A stretch of 64,000 nt of DNA. Origin: an uncultured Acidimicrobiaceae bacterium. Lineage in GTDB: Bacteria; Actinomycetota; Acidimicrobiia; Acidimicrobiales; CAIXPF01. A program made the position numbers and the translations under genes. Every line of letters begins with the position of its first letter. Position 1 is the stretch's first letter. Below, one piece after another: positions 30,240 through 39,323 of the stretch. Location of the stretch: NCBI GenBank assembly GCA_963775055.1, contig CAVZHK010000013.1:424249-488248 (forward strand), given 5' to 3'. Below the pieces are notes generated by a model. That model saw only the letters and a list, made by a program, of their open reading frames with translations. It was not told the origin of the DNA and ran no database searches.

Positions 30240-31409
30240 ATGTTGAAAAGCCCCAGGAAGTTGCTGGTCGCCTCTCTGGCGGCGGCGCTGCTGGCCGCCG
30301 CCTGTGGAGGCGATGACAGCGAAACCGCCACCGATGCCGGTGGAGCCGCGGAAGGCGGTGGTGCCGCTGCCGGCTCACTGACCGGCGTGTGCCCGGAGAA
30401 GCTGGTCATCCAGACCGACTGGAACCCCGAAGCCGAACACGGCGGGATCTACGAGATGGTGGGCGACAACCCCACCATCGACGCCGAGAAGAAGATCGTC
30501 ACCGGACCGCTGATGTCGGGCGGGAACGACACCGGCATCGACATCGAGGTCCGCACCGGTGGACCGGCTATCGCCTTCGAGTCCCCGACCTCGCAGATGT
30601 ACAAAGACGACAGCATCCACTTCGGTTACGTGTACACCGACGAGGCCATCCAGAACTCGGTGGACAAGCCCACGGTGTCGGTGTTTGCCGGACTGGACAT
30701 CAACCCCCAGATCATCATGTGGGATCCCAAGACCTATCCGAACGTGAAGAAGATCGCCGACCTGAAGGCCGCCAAGGTCACCGTGCGGTACTTCGAGTCC
30801 GCCGCGTACATCGAGTTCTTCAAGCAGACCGGTCTGCTGGATGAGGCTCAGCTGGATTCCTCCTACGACGGCACCCCGGCGGTGTTCACTTCCCAGGAGG
30901 GCAAGATCGCCCAGCAGGGATTCGCTTCCGCCGAGCCCTACATCTACAAGAACGAGGTCGAGAACTGGGCCAAGGACGTGTCCTTCCAGCTGGTCCATGA
31001 TGCCGGGTGGCAGCCGTATTCCGGCCCGCTGGCGGTTCGCAAGGCCGACCTGGCCGGGCTGAAGGGCTGCCTCGAGAAGTTCGTACCGATCGCGCAGCGG
31101 GCCCAGGTGGACTACATCAAGGACCCCGCTGCGACCAACACCCTGATCATCGACCTGGTGGAGCAGTACAACACCGGCTGGATCTACAGCGAGGGTGTCG
31201 CCAAGTTCTCCGTGGAGCAGATGCTCAAGCTCGGTCTGGTCGGCAACGGCACCAACGAGACCATCGGTGACCACGATGAGGCCCGGGTGACGGAGCTGAT
31301 CAAGAAGGCCATTCCCGTGTATGAGGCCACCGGACAAGAAGTCAACAAGGACCTCAAGCCGGCGGACATCATGACCAACGAGTTCATCGACGAGTCGATC
31401 AAGCTCTGA
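30240..31409 (+). CDS. ABC transporter substrate-binding lipoprotein (NMT1/THI5-like fold)
   Basis: MLKSPRKLLVASLAAALLAAAC lipoprotein signal, AAGGAG 6 nt upstream of ATG 30240, and VIQTDWNPEAEHGGIY, typical of NMT1-like binding proteins. Confidence 0.8.
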   Translation: MLKSPRKLLVASLAAALLAAACGGDDSETATDAGGAAEGGGAAAGSLTGVCPEKLVIQTDWNPEAEHGGIYEMVGDNPTIDAEKKIVTGPLMSGGNDTGIDIEVRTGGPAIAFESPTSQMYKDDSIHFGYVYTDEAIQNSVDKPTVSVFAGLDINPQIIMWDPKTYPNVKKIADLKAAKVTVRYFESAAYIEFFKQTGLLDEAQLDSSYDGTPAVFTSQEGKIAQQGFASAEPYIYKNEVENWAKDVSFQLVHDAGWQPYSGPLAVRKADLAGLKGCLEKFVPIAQRAQVDYIKDPAATNTLIIDLVEQYNTGWIYSEGVAKFSVEQMLKLGLVGNGTNETIGDHDEARVTELIKKAIPVYEATGQEVNKDLKPADIMTNEFIDESIKL

Positions 31410-31439
31410 GACGGGTCTGAGTCAGAACGCGTCCGGCCG

Positions 31440-33047
31440 GTGACCCCCGACCACGACCCTGGGCCTGACCCCGAGGTGATCGTGGTCGGGGGCGGCCACA
31501 ACGGGCTGGTCTGCGCGGCCTACCTGGCCCGTGCCGGTAAGACGGTGCTGCTGGTGGAAGCCCGACAATCCGTGGGCGGGTGCGCCTCCACCGTGGATGC
31601 CATCGGCGCCAGGGTCAACATCTGCAACTGCGACCACTTCGCGGTGCGGACCATGCCGCTGATCGAGGAACTGGACCTGCAGCAGCATGGGCTGGCCTAC
31701 CTGAATCTCGACCTGACCATGGCGGCGCTGTCGTGGACGGGGGATCAGCCGTTCCTGCAGTTCCACGATGTTGACCGCACCGTGGAATCGCTGCGGATCA
31801 CCCTGCCCGATCAGGTTGAGGGTTACCGCCGCTTCGTGGCCGACGCCCTGCCTGCTTTGCGCCTGGTGCTGCGCCTGGCCCAGGCGCCACCGGGCCCCCG
31901 CAACGGAATGGCCGCGCTGGCGGCCGGTCACGGTCGGGGGTTGGCCACGCTGGTGCGCTGGTCGCGACGCAGCGCGGCCCAGGTCTTACGGAGTTACTTC
32001 ACCAGCGAGACCATCCTCGGCGCGGCGGTGGCGGGCGGACCGGCGGTGTGGGGAGTCTCGCCATTCACCCCCGGCACCGGGTTGGGCGCGTTGAGGCTGG
32101 CCATGCCCCACGCCGTTCGCCCCGGCCGACCCGTGGGTGGCAGCGGTGCGTTGACCGACGCGCTGCGGGCCAGCTTCGAAGCCGCCGGGGGTCGGGTGCT
32201 GACGGGGGCCCGGGCCGCCCGGGTTCTGATCGAGGGCGACCGGGTGCTGGGGGTGCAGTTGGCCTCGGCGAAGCCCGGCCCACCTGAATTGCTGCGAGCG
32301 TCGCAGGTGGTGGTGGCCTGTGACCCTCGGGCCACCACCTTGGAATGGACCGGCACCATACCGTCCGGTCTGGGCCGAGGCGCGGTGTGCGCCCTGGCTG
32401 AACGTTGGCGGGATCGGGCCCGACCACCGGGCTACGAATCCAAGCTGGATGCCATCATCAGCGAGCTGCCGGCCTACCGCCAGATCGACGGGCAGTTGCG
32501 CGGCCGTCTCGGCGTCGGACCGGAGGACGTGTTGGGCGCCACCACGTTCATCACGCCCTCTGTCGACGCCATCGATGCCGCCCACCGGGCTCTGCAACGC
32601 AACGAGGTGGTGGCGGAGCCCATCCTGTTGGCAAACGTGCCCTCCGTGGCTGACCCCACCATGGCGGGACCGGCGGGGTCCCATGTCTTCAGCCTGGAAG
32701 TGCTGTTCACGCCGTACGACCTGCCCGGGGGATGGGTCGATTCGCCCGAGCCGGCACGGTGGCTACCGGCCTTTGCCGGCCATACCGACGGCGAGTTCCT
32801 GGCCGGTGTGCAACAGTGGCGGGCAATGACCCCGGACCGTTACGAGCAGGAGTTCTTCATGCCAAGGGGGTACGCCCAGTCCTTCGCCGGTGGGCCCTTG
32901 GCCTCGCTGTTGGGACGGGACCGGGAGCTCAGCCGCTACCGCACACCGCTTCGCGGCCTGTTCGTGACCGGGGCTGCCACCTTTCCCGGCGCCGGCATCT
33001 GGGGGGCCTCGGGCCGCAACACCGCCCGGGTGGTGCTGGGCTCATGA
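31440..33047 (+). CDS. FAD-dependent oxidoreductase, phytoene desaturase (CrtI)-like family
   Basis: N-terminal dinucleotide fold VIVVGGGHNGLVCAAYLARAG...LLVEARQSVGG and C-terminal GLFVTGAATFPGAG. Confidence 0.82.
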   Translation: MTPDHDPGPDPEVIVVGGGHNGLVCAAYLARAGKTVLLVEARQSVGGCASTVDAIGARVNICNCDHFAVRTMPLIEELDLQQHGLAYLNLDLTMAALSWTGDQPFLQFHDVDRTVESLRITLPDQVEGYRRFVADALPALRLVLRLAQAPPGPRNGMAALAAGHGRGLATLVRWSRRSAAQVLRSYFTSETILGAAVAGGPAVWGVSPFTPGTGLGALRLAMPHAVRPGRPVGGSGALTDALRASFEAAGGRVLTGARAARVLIEGDRVLGVQLASAKPGPPELLRASQVVVACDPRATTLEWTGTIPSGLGRGAVCALAERWRDRARPPGYESKLDAIISELPAYRQIDGQLRGRLGVGPEDVLGATTFITPSVDAIDAAHRALQRNEVVAEPILLANVPSVADPTMAGPAGSHVFSLEVLFTPYDLPGGWVDSPEPARWLPAFAGHTDGEFLAGVQQWRAMTPDRYEQEFFMPRGYAQSFAGGPLASLLGRDRELSRYRTPLRGLFVTGAATFPGAGIWGASGRNTARVVLGS

Positions 33048-33511
33048 GCGGTCCTCTCGAGGCCTTGGTCGGCACCTGGTCCGGGACGGGGCGAGGCTTC
33101 TACCCCACCATCAGCGGGTTTGAGTACACCGAGGAGATCACCTTCTCGGCCGTTCCCGGAAAGCCGTTTCTGGCCTACTCCCAACGCACCCGTCACGCCA
33201 CCGAGGACCGGCCGCTGCACGCCGAGTCGGGGTATTGGCGCTGGGTTGACCAGGACCGCCGCCTGGAAGTGGTGATGGCCCACCCCACCGGCATCGCCGA
33301 AATCCTGGAAGGCGACCTGTTGGTGGTGGACGGCGGCCTGGACCTGGTTCTGGAGAGTTCCAGTATCGCCCTCACCGCCACCGCCAAAGAGGTCCGGGCC
33401 ACCCGCCGCCGCTTCGAGCTCCGAGGGGATCAGCTGCGCTACAGCGTCGCCATGGCCGCCGTCGGCCAACCGCTCCAAGAACACCTCGAAGCCCATCTCC
33501 ACCGCCGCTGA
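33044..33511 (+). CDS. nitrobindin-like / FABP-family beta-barrel protein (DUF1794)
   Basis: LEALVGTWSGTGRGFYPTI...YTEEITF...HAESGYWR pattern. ATGA overlap with the upstream oxidoreductase. Confidence 0.72.
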   Translation: MSGPLEALVGTWSGTGRGFYPTISGFEYTEEITFSAVPGKPFLAYSQRTRHATEDRPLHAESGYWRWVDQDRRLEVVMAHPTGIAEILEGDLLVVDGGLDLVLESSSIALTATAKEVRATRRRFELRGDQLRYSVAMAAVGQPLQEHLEAHLHRR

Positions 33512-34350
33512 TGGTTCTTCGGCGACGGGTGCAGCAGATGCTGGTGCGCCGCGACGACGGTGACCAGCTCTCACGCCAACCGGACGAGCTGATCGTGGAG
33601 GAACCGCTGGCCATCCAGTTGGACGGCACGCTGGTGGCCACCACCATGCGAACACCCGGCCATGACTTTGAGCTGGCGGCGGGGTTCTGTCACACGGAGG
33701 GTCTGTTGGGCGGGGCCACGGTGTTGGACTGCCGGTACTGCGCGCCGGGCCCGTTGGTCGATGCCGCCAGCGCGCCCGTGTCCCGAGCCGCCGAGACCGG
33801 TTTCAACGTGGTCACGGTGTCCACCGGCGGGCTCGCCCCCGAGCCGCGGGTTCGACTCGGTGTGACCACCTCCGCCTGCGGGCTCTGTGGGGACGAAACG
33901 ATGGCTGAGTTGTCCGCTCGGCTGGACCCCCTTCCGCCCCGGCCCGCGCCGGATCGGGCCGAGCTGCGCCGCTGGGCCGCGTTGGTTGAACAGGTCCGTC
34001 CCCGACAGGAGCTCTTCGCCCGCACCGGCGCAGTGCATGCCGCCGCGGTCTTTGACCGCGAAGGTCGGGTGCTGGTGGTACGGGAGGACATCGGGCGACA
34101 CAATGCGTTGGACAAGGTCATCGGCCACCTCCTCTTGGGCGGGGGGCTGCCGGCGCGTGGCCTGGGGGTGTTCGTCAGCAGCCGGGCCAGCTTCGAGATG
34201 GTGCAGAAGGCCTGGGCGGGCGGGTTCGAGGCGCTGGTGGCGGTTAGCGGGCCCTCGGCCTTGGCGGTGGCCACGGCTCGGCGGGCCAACCTGGCGTTGG
34301 CGGGGTTCGTGCGCGACGGTCGGCTCACGTTGTACTCACCGGAGTGGTGA
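33511..34350 (+). CDS. fdhD: formate dehydrogenase accessory sulfurtransferase FdhD
   Basis: MRTPGHDFELAAGFCHTEG, catalytic-loop SACGLCG, DIGRHNALDKVIG. Confidence 0.9.
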   Translation: MVLRRRVQQMLVRRDDGDQLSRQPDELIVEEPLAIQLDGTLVATTMRTPGHDFELAAGFCHTEGLLGGATVLDCRYCAPGPLVDAASAPVSRAAETGFNVVTVSTGGLAPEPRVRLGVTTSACGLCGDETMAELSARLDPLPPRPAPDRAELRRWAALVEQVRPRQELFARTGAVHAAAVFDREGRVLVVREDIGRHNALDKVIGHLLLGGGLPARGLGVFVSSRASFEMVQKAWAGGFEALVAVSGPSALAVATARRANLALAGFVRDGRLTLYSPEW

Positions 34351-34405
34351 CCGGTGGCCCCGCGGCCAGGACAGCCCGAACGCAGCCGTCGGTAGGCTCG
34401 ACGCC

Positions 34406-35095
34406 ATGACAGAACCGCTGCCGGTGACGGTCGGGCTCAACGTGTTGCACCTTTTCGGCATCCTCACGCCGGGCTTCGAACGCCAGCCGCTCCTGGACGC
34501 CTGCGAGAAACTGGTGGCGGAGGGCGGGCTGCTGGTGCCGGTCGCGATCCTTGGGCACAAGGCGGATCTCGGCCTCATGGCGTTGCATCCGGACGCGGTG
34601 GTGCTGCGACGGTTGCAGTCCGAGGTCCGGCGGTCCGGCGTGCAACTGGTGGATAGCTATGTGTCCGTCACCGAGATCTCCGAGTACGCCGACGCTGCCG
34701 GGGTGCCAGAGGCCATGCGCCAGATGCGGCTCTACCCCAAACGGCTGCCCCCGCCGGGCAAGCGGGCATTCTGTTTCTATCCGATGTCGAAACGGCGTGA
34801 TCCCGGGGTCAACTGGTTCCGCCAGGATTTCGAGAGCCGCCGGTCGATGATGGAGGAACACGGCCGTTCGGGGCGGGCCTTCGGGGAGCGGATCTCGCAG
34901 TTGATCACCGCTTCAACCGGCCTTGATGACTACGAATGGGCGGTGACCCTTTTCGCCAACCATCCCGATGATCTGAAGGCCGTCGTGTACACCATGCGTT
35001 TCGATCAGGCGTCGGCGGAGTACGCCATCTTCGGCCGGTTCCTCACCGGCATCAGCGGATCGCTCGATGAGGTGCTCGAGCTGCTCGGCCGCTGA
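34406..35095 (+). CDS. hemQ: chlorite dismutase-family protein (coproheme decarboxylase HemQ/ChdC-like)
   Basis: FCFYPMSKRR...NWF...MMEEHGRSGR...DDYEWAVTLFANHPDDLKAVVYTMRFD is typical of the actinobacterial HemQ family. Confidence 0.82.
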   Translation: MTEPLPVTVGLNVLHLFGILTPGFERQPLLDACEKLVAEGGLLVPVAILGHKADLGLMALHPDAVVLRRLQSEVRRSGVQLVDSYVSVTEISEYADAAGVPEAMRQMRLYPKRLPPPGKRAFCFYPMSKRRDPGVNWFRQDFESRRSMMEEHGRSGRAFGERISQLITASTGLDDYEWAVTLFANHPDDLKAVVYTMRFDQASAEYAIFGRFLTGISGSLDEVLELLGR

Positions 35096-35182
35096 GAGGG
35101 CGCAAAAGTTGCAATGACGTTGAAAGACCCTCAGGCGCCTCTAAGCTCCGTTTGACCTGGAGCTGTTCCGGGAGAGGAGCAC

Positions 35183-36547
35183 ATGCACATGCAAAAGACA
35201 CGTTGGCAGCGCTCCGTCGCCGCGGTGTTTGCGTTGGCGATGGTTGGGGCTGCATGCGGCAGCGACGACACTGAGGATGCCGCCAGCACCACCGCGGCCG
35301 GGGCCACCGGTGACACGGGGGCCGATGGCGAGGGAGGCGCACTGGAGGGCATGAAAGGCACCACGCCGCTGGTGGATCTCTCCGCCGATTTCAAGAAGAA
35401 GATGAATGACACCTGGGTCAAGGCCGGTAACAAGGACCTCGGCGGTACCTTCAACTATGGCGCTGAGACCTACGACGCGGTGGTCATCATCGCCTTGGCC
35501 GCTGAGAAGGCCAAGACCGACGGCATCGATTATGCCAAGGAGATCAACGGCATCACCCGCACCGGGGAGAAGTGCAAGGATTTCCAATCCTGCAAGGCCA
35601 TCATCGCCAAGGGCGGCGATCCCGACTACGACGGTGTATCGGGCCAGTTGGAGTTCAGCGGCAACGGCGAGCCGATCAAGGCCAGCTACGGGGTGTTGGC
35701 CTTTGGTGCGGACAACCGCATCGATGATTCCGCCACCGAGTACATCGAGGCCAAGGCGCCCAAGGCCGCGGACGTGGCCCCGGTGCCGGTTGTCGGAACA
35801 CGCGTCGGTGACGGTGTGTTGAAGCTGGGCACGATCCTGCCCCAGACCGGGAGCCTGGCGTTCCTGGGCCCACCGGAGTTCGCCGGTTTCGATCTGGCCA
35901 TCGATGACATCAACGCCGCCGGCGGTGTGCTGGGCAAGCCGGTGGTGGGCGTGAAGGGTGACAGCGGTGACGCCACGACGGACATCGTGAACCAGACCAC
36001 CGACCGTCTGCTCGCGGAGAAAGTCGACGCCATCATCGGTGCCGCTTCCTCGGGTGTGTCGCTCAAGGTCATCGACAAGATCACCGGCGCGGGCGTGGTG
36101 CAGTTCTCACCGGCCAACACCTCCAAGGCGCTGTCGACCTATGCCGACAAGGGCCTGTACTTCCGTACCGCCCCGTCCGACATTCTGCAGGGCCAGGTGC
36201 TGGGTGAACTGGTGGCCTCCGATGGTCACAAGAACGTGGCCATCATCAACCGCAACGATTCCTACGGTATGGGTCTGACCGAGGACCTGACTAAGGCGCT
36301 CACTGCCGCCGGCGGCAAGGTGGTGCTGACCAAGACCTACGACGAGAAGGCGGATACCTTCAACGCCGAGGTCAACGAGATCAAGGGTCAGAAACCTGAC
36401 GCGGTGGTGATCGTCGGCTTCGAGGAAAGCTCCAAGATCCTCTCGGCCATGGTCGAGGCCGGCATCGGACCGAAGGACGTCTCCGTCTACGGCTGCGACG
36501 GCAACATGAGCAGCACCCTCGGGGAGAGCTTCGACAAGGGCGAGTGA
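35183..36547 (+). CDS. LivJ/K-type (Peripla_BP_6-like) solute-binding lipoprotein with circularly permuted domain order
   Basis: Lipobox FALAMVGAAC. Residues ~52-190 match the C-terminal third of the paralog at 40753-42139, and residues ~211-454 match its N-terminal two-thirds. Intact ORF with GGAGAGGAG upstream. Confidence 0.8.
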   Translation: MHMQKTRWQRSVAAVFALAMVGAACGSDDTEDAASTTAAGATGDTGADGEGGALEGMKGTTPLVDLSADFKKKMNDTWVKAGNKDLGGTFNYGAETYDAVVIIALAAEKAKTDGIDYAKEINGITRTGEKCKDFQSCKAIIAKGGDPDYDGVSGQLEFSGNGEPIKASYGVLAFGADNRIDDSATEYIEAKAPKAADVAPVPVVGTRVGDGVLKLGTILPQTGSLAFLGPPEFAGFDLAIDDINAAGGVLGKPVVGVKGDSGDATTDIVNQTTDRLLAEKVDAIIGAASSGVSLKVIDKITGAGVVQFSPANTSKALSTYADKGLYFRTAPSDILQGQVLGELVASDGHKNVAIINRNDSYGMGLTEDLTKALTAAGGKVVLTKTYDEKADTFNAEVNEIKGQKPDAVVIVGFEESSKILSAMVEAGIGPKDVSVYGCDGNMSSTLGESFDKGE

Positions 36548-36586
36548 CCAACCCGTACCCCTCGGTACAGACTGATCAAGTCTTTG

Positions 36587-36618
36587 GAAGTGGTCCCGGC
36601 CTTGGTCGGGGCCACTTC
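36587..36618. terminator. imperfect hairpin between convergent binding-protein gene and livF
   Basis: gaagtggtcccg (36587-36598) pairs with cggggccacttc (36607-36618) with one mismatch. Confidence 0.45.
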
Positions 36619-36632
36619 ACGTTGGCGATCGT

Positions 36633-37398
36633 TCAGCGACCGCGGGATTTGGCCAGGGTGCCCAGATACAGCTCGATCACCTTGGGGTCATCGAGCAGTT
36701 CCCGTCCGCCGCCGGTGTACGCGTTGCGGCCCTGATCCAACACGTAGCCCCGGTCCGCAACCTGCAGGCAGCGGCGGGCGTTCTGTTCCACCATGAGGAT
36801 GGCCACGCCGGTGCGGTTGATGGCCCTGCACTGCAGGAAAACCTGATCCTGCAAGGCCGGCGAGAGTCCGGCAGAAGGCTCATCGAGCAGCAGCACTGTG
36901 GGCTCCAGCATCAGCGCCCGGCCCATGGCCACCATCTGGCGTTCACCGCCGGAGAGGGATCCGGCCCGGCTGGCCGGCGCGTTCCTGCAATCGGGGGAAC
37001 AGGTCGATACACGTAGGACAGCCGGGTCTTGAACAGTGGAGGGCTTGAGGAAACAGCCCATCTCAAGGTTCTCCGTGACGGTGAGGCTGGGAAAAACGTT
37101 GCGGGTCTGGGGCACGAAACCGACCCCCCGCTCCACCAACTCGTGGGCCTTGCGCCCGGTGATGGGCTCACCCCGCAATCGGACCAGACCGCTGCGTATG
37201 GTGACCAGGCCCAGGACGGCCTTCAACAGGGTGGACTTCCCGGCTCCGTTGGGCCCGATGATGCCCACGAACTCCCCCGGCCCCACCTCCAGGTTGCAGC
37301 CGTTGAGGATGTCGACCTCCGGCACGTAGCCCGCCACCAGCTCGCTGACGGTGATGATCGGCTCGGCGCGGGCGGGATCGCTCGGGGGTCTCGGCCAC
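36633..37398 (-). pseudogene. livF: branched-chain amino-acid ABC transporter ATP-binding protein LivF, at least 4 frame disruptions
   Basis: Walker A GPNGAGKST, LSGGERQM, LLLDEPSAGL. The segment between them only reads as conserved sequence (FKTRLSYVY / DLFPRLQERAGQ / AGSLSGGE) by changing frame near 37035, 37007 and 36967. The N-terminus shifts again near 37370. Confidence 0.8.
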
Positions 37399-37400
37399 CG

Positions 37401-38289
37401 TCAGCGCCCCAGATCCAAGTCGTGGTGGGTGCCGAGGTAGGCGTCGATGACCGCCTGGTTGGCGCCGATGCTCTCGGGCCGTCCCTCGGCCAGGATCCGT
37501 CCCTCGGCCATCACCACCACCCAATCGCTGATGTCATGCACCACGTCCATGTCGTGCTCCACGAAAATCACCGTCATCTACCTTCGTCGCGCAGGTCCTT
37601 CACGTGGCTCAGCAGGCTCTGGGTCAACGCCGGGTTCACGCCGGCCATGGGCTCATCCAACATGACCAGCCTCGGATTCGCCATCAGCGCCCGGGCCATC
37701 TCCAACAGCTTGCGCTGGCCGCCGGAGAGGTTCCCGGCGAACTCGCCGCGCATGGAGTCCAGCTTGAACCGTTCGAGCAGATCGTCGGCGCGGGCTTCGA
37801 TCTGCTGTTCCTGATCTCGCCACAACGGGCGCACCAGCCCGGCGAAGATGGATTCGCCCCGCTGGCCCACCGCCCCCAGCTTCATGTTCTCGATCACCGT
37901 CAAGCGGGTCAGGGATTTGGTCAACTGGAACGTGCGGACCATCCCGGCGCGGGCCAGACGGTATGCGGCTGGCCCGCTCGATCGGTTTCCCGTCGAAACG
38001 CCAGGTTCCCGAGTCCGGCTCGTCGAAACCGGTGATGAGGTTGAAGAACGTGGTCTTTCCGGCGCCGTTGGGTCCGATCAACGCAGTGATGGCACCCCGT
38101 TGGAACTCGACGTGGTCCACATCGACCGCAACCAGGCCTCCGAACGTGCGGCGGACGGCGATCCGCCACGAGCAACGGGTCGGGCTTGGTCGACCCTGCT
38201 TCCTGGCTGACCCCGTCGAAGGGGGTGGCGGTCCGCCTGCCGCCCGGACGGTTGTCGCGTCGCGCCCGCTCCCCGTCGTCAGCGGACAT
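37401..38289 (-). pseudogene. livG: branched-chain amino-acid ABC transporter ATP-binding protein LivG, at least 3 frameshifts
   Basis: Pieces lie in three frames: MSADDG...LLVA / IAVRRTFGGLVAVDVDHVEFQRGAITALIGPNGAGKTT / AAYRLARAGMVRTFQLTK...LSGGQRKLLEMARAL...DEPMAGV / MTVIFVEHDMDVV...AYLG. Breaks lie near 38163, 37970 and 37572. Confidence 0.8.
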
Positions 38290-39323
38290 CGAAGGCCTGC
38301 TCCCGGCGATCACCAAAGATGCCCTGGGGACGGAACACCACCAGCATGGTCAGGCCCAACCCCACGAACATGAAGCGCAACAGGCCGAAGTTGTTCTCGT
38401 TCACCAGCCAATTGGGCAGCAGATCGTTGCGTGGTGGCCTGGGACAGCACCACCTCGGTGAACCCGATGATGAACCAGAAGATGACCCCGCCGATGATCG
38501 GGCCCTTCACCCGTCCGGCGCCGCCCAGGATCAGCATGGTCCAGGCGAAGAACGTGAACGCGGTGGAGTAAACGTTGGGCGCCGCCGCTCGACCACCCAC
38601 CGCGAAGATCAATCCCCCCAGCGCCCCGATGATCCCGCCCAGCATCAGGCTCTGCATCTTGTAGGCGAACACGTTCTTGCCCAGGCTTCGAGCAGCGTCC
38701 TCGTCTTCCCGGATGGAGCGCAGCACCCGGCCCCACGGGCTACGCATGAGTGCCCACACCAGCAGCGAGCTCACCACGATCAGGACCCATCCCATCACCA
38801 TGATGAAGCCGACGTGGCCGCTAAAGGGCTGTTTCCACAGGTTGAACTCGCTGCCGTCCCAGGGGTTGATCCGTTCGATCCCCCCGGTGAAGCCCTGCAG
38901 CCCGTCTGAGCCGCCGGTACCCCATGTGTCATCGAGCTTGGGTGCGATCAACGCCTGACGCAGGATCTCCGCGGCAGCGATGGTGACGATGGCCAGGTAG
39001 TCCGCTCGCAGCCGCAGCGTGGGGATTCCCAACAACAACGCCAGCACCGCGGCCATGGGCAGCACCGCCAACGCCGCCGCCCACCACGGCCACGGCGATT
39101 CGAACAAACCCGGCGGGTCCGATCCGAACGGCCACGGGATGCCCTGGCCAGCCAGCACCGCGAAGGTGTAAGCCCCAACAGCGGCGAACGCGGCCTGCCC
39201 GAAGTTCAACAGTCCCGTGTAACCGAAGTGCAGGTTCACCCCGATGGCCGCCAGGATGAGCGCGATGGCCTGGATGCTGATGGCGGTGAAAACGGTGTTG
39301 GAGATGATCAAGGGCCAGTTCAT
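38279..39323 (-). pseudogene. livM: branched-chain amino-acid ABC transporter permease LivM, C-terminus frameshifted near 38430
   Basis: MNWPLIISNTVF...LNFGQAAFAAVGAY...SIREDEDAARSLG. The conserved C-terminus DLLPNWLVNENNFGLLRFMFVGLGLTMLVVFRPQGIFG lies in another frame. ATGA overlap with livH. Confidence 0.8.
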
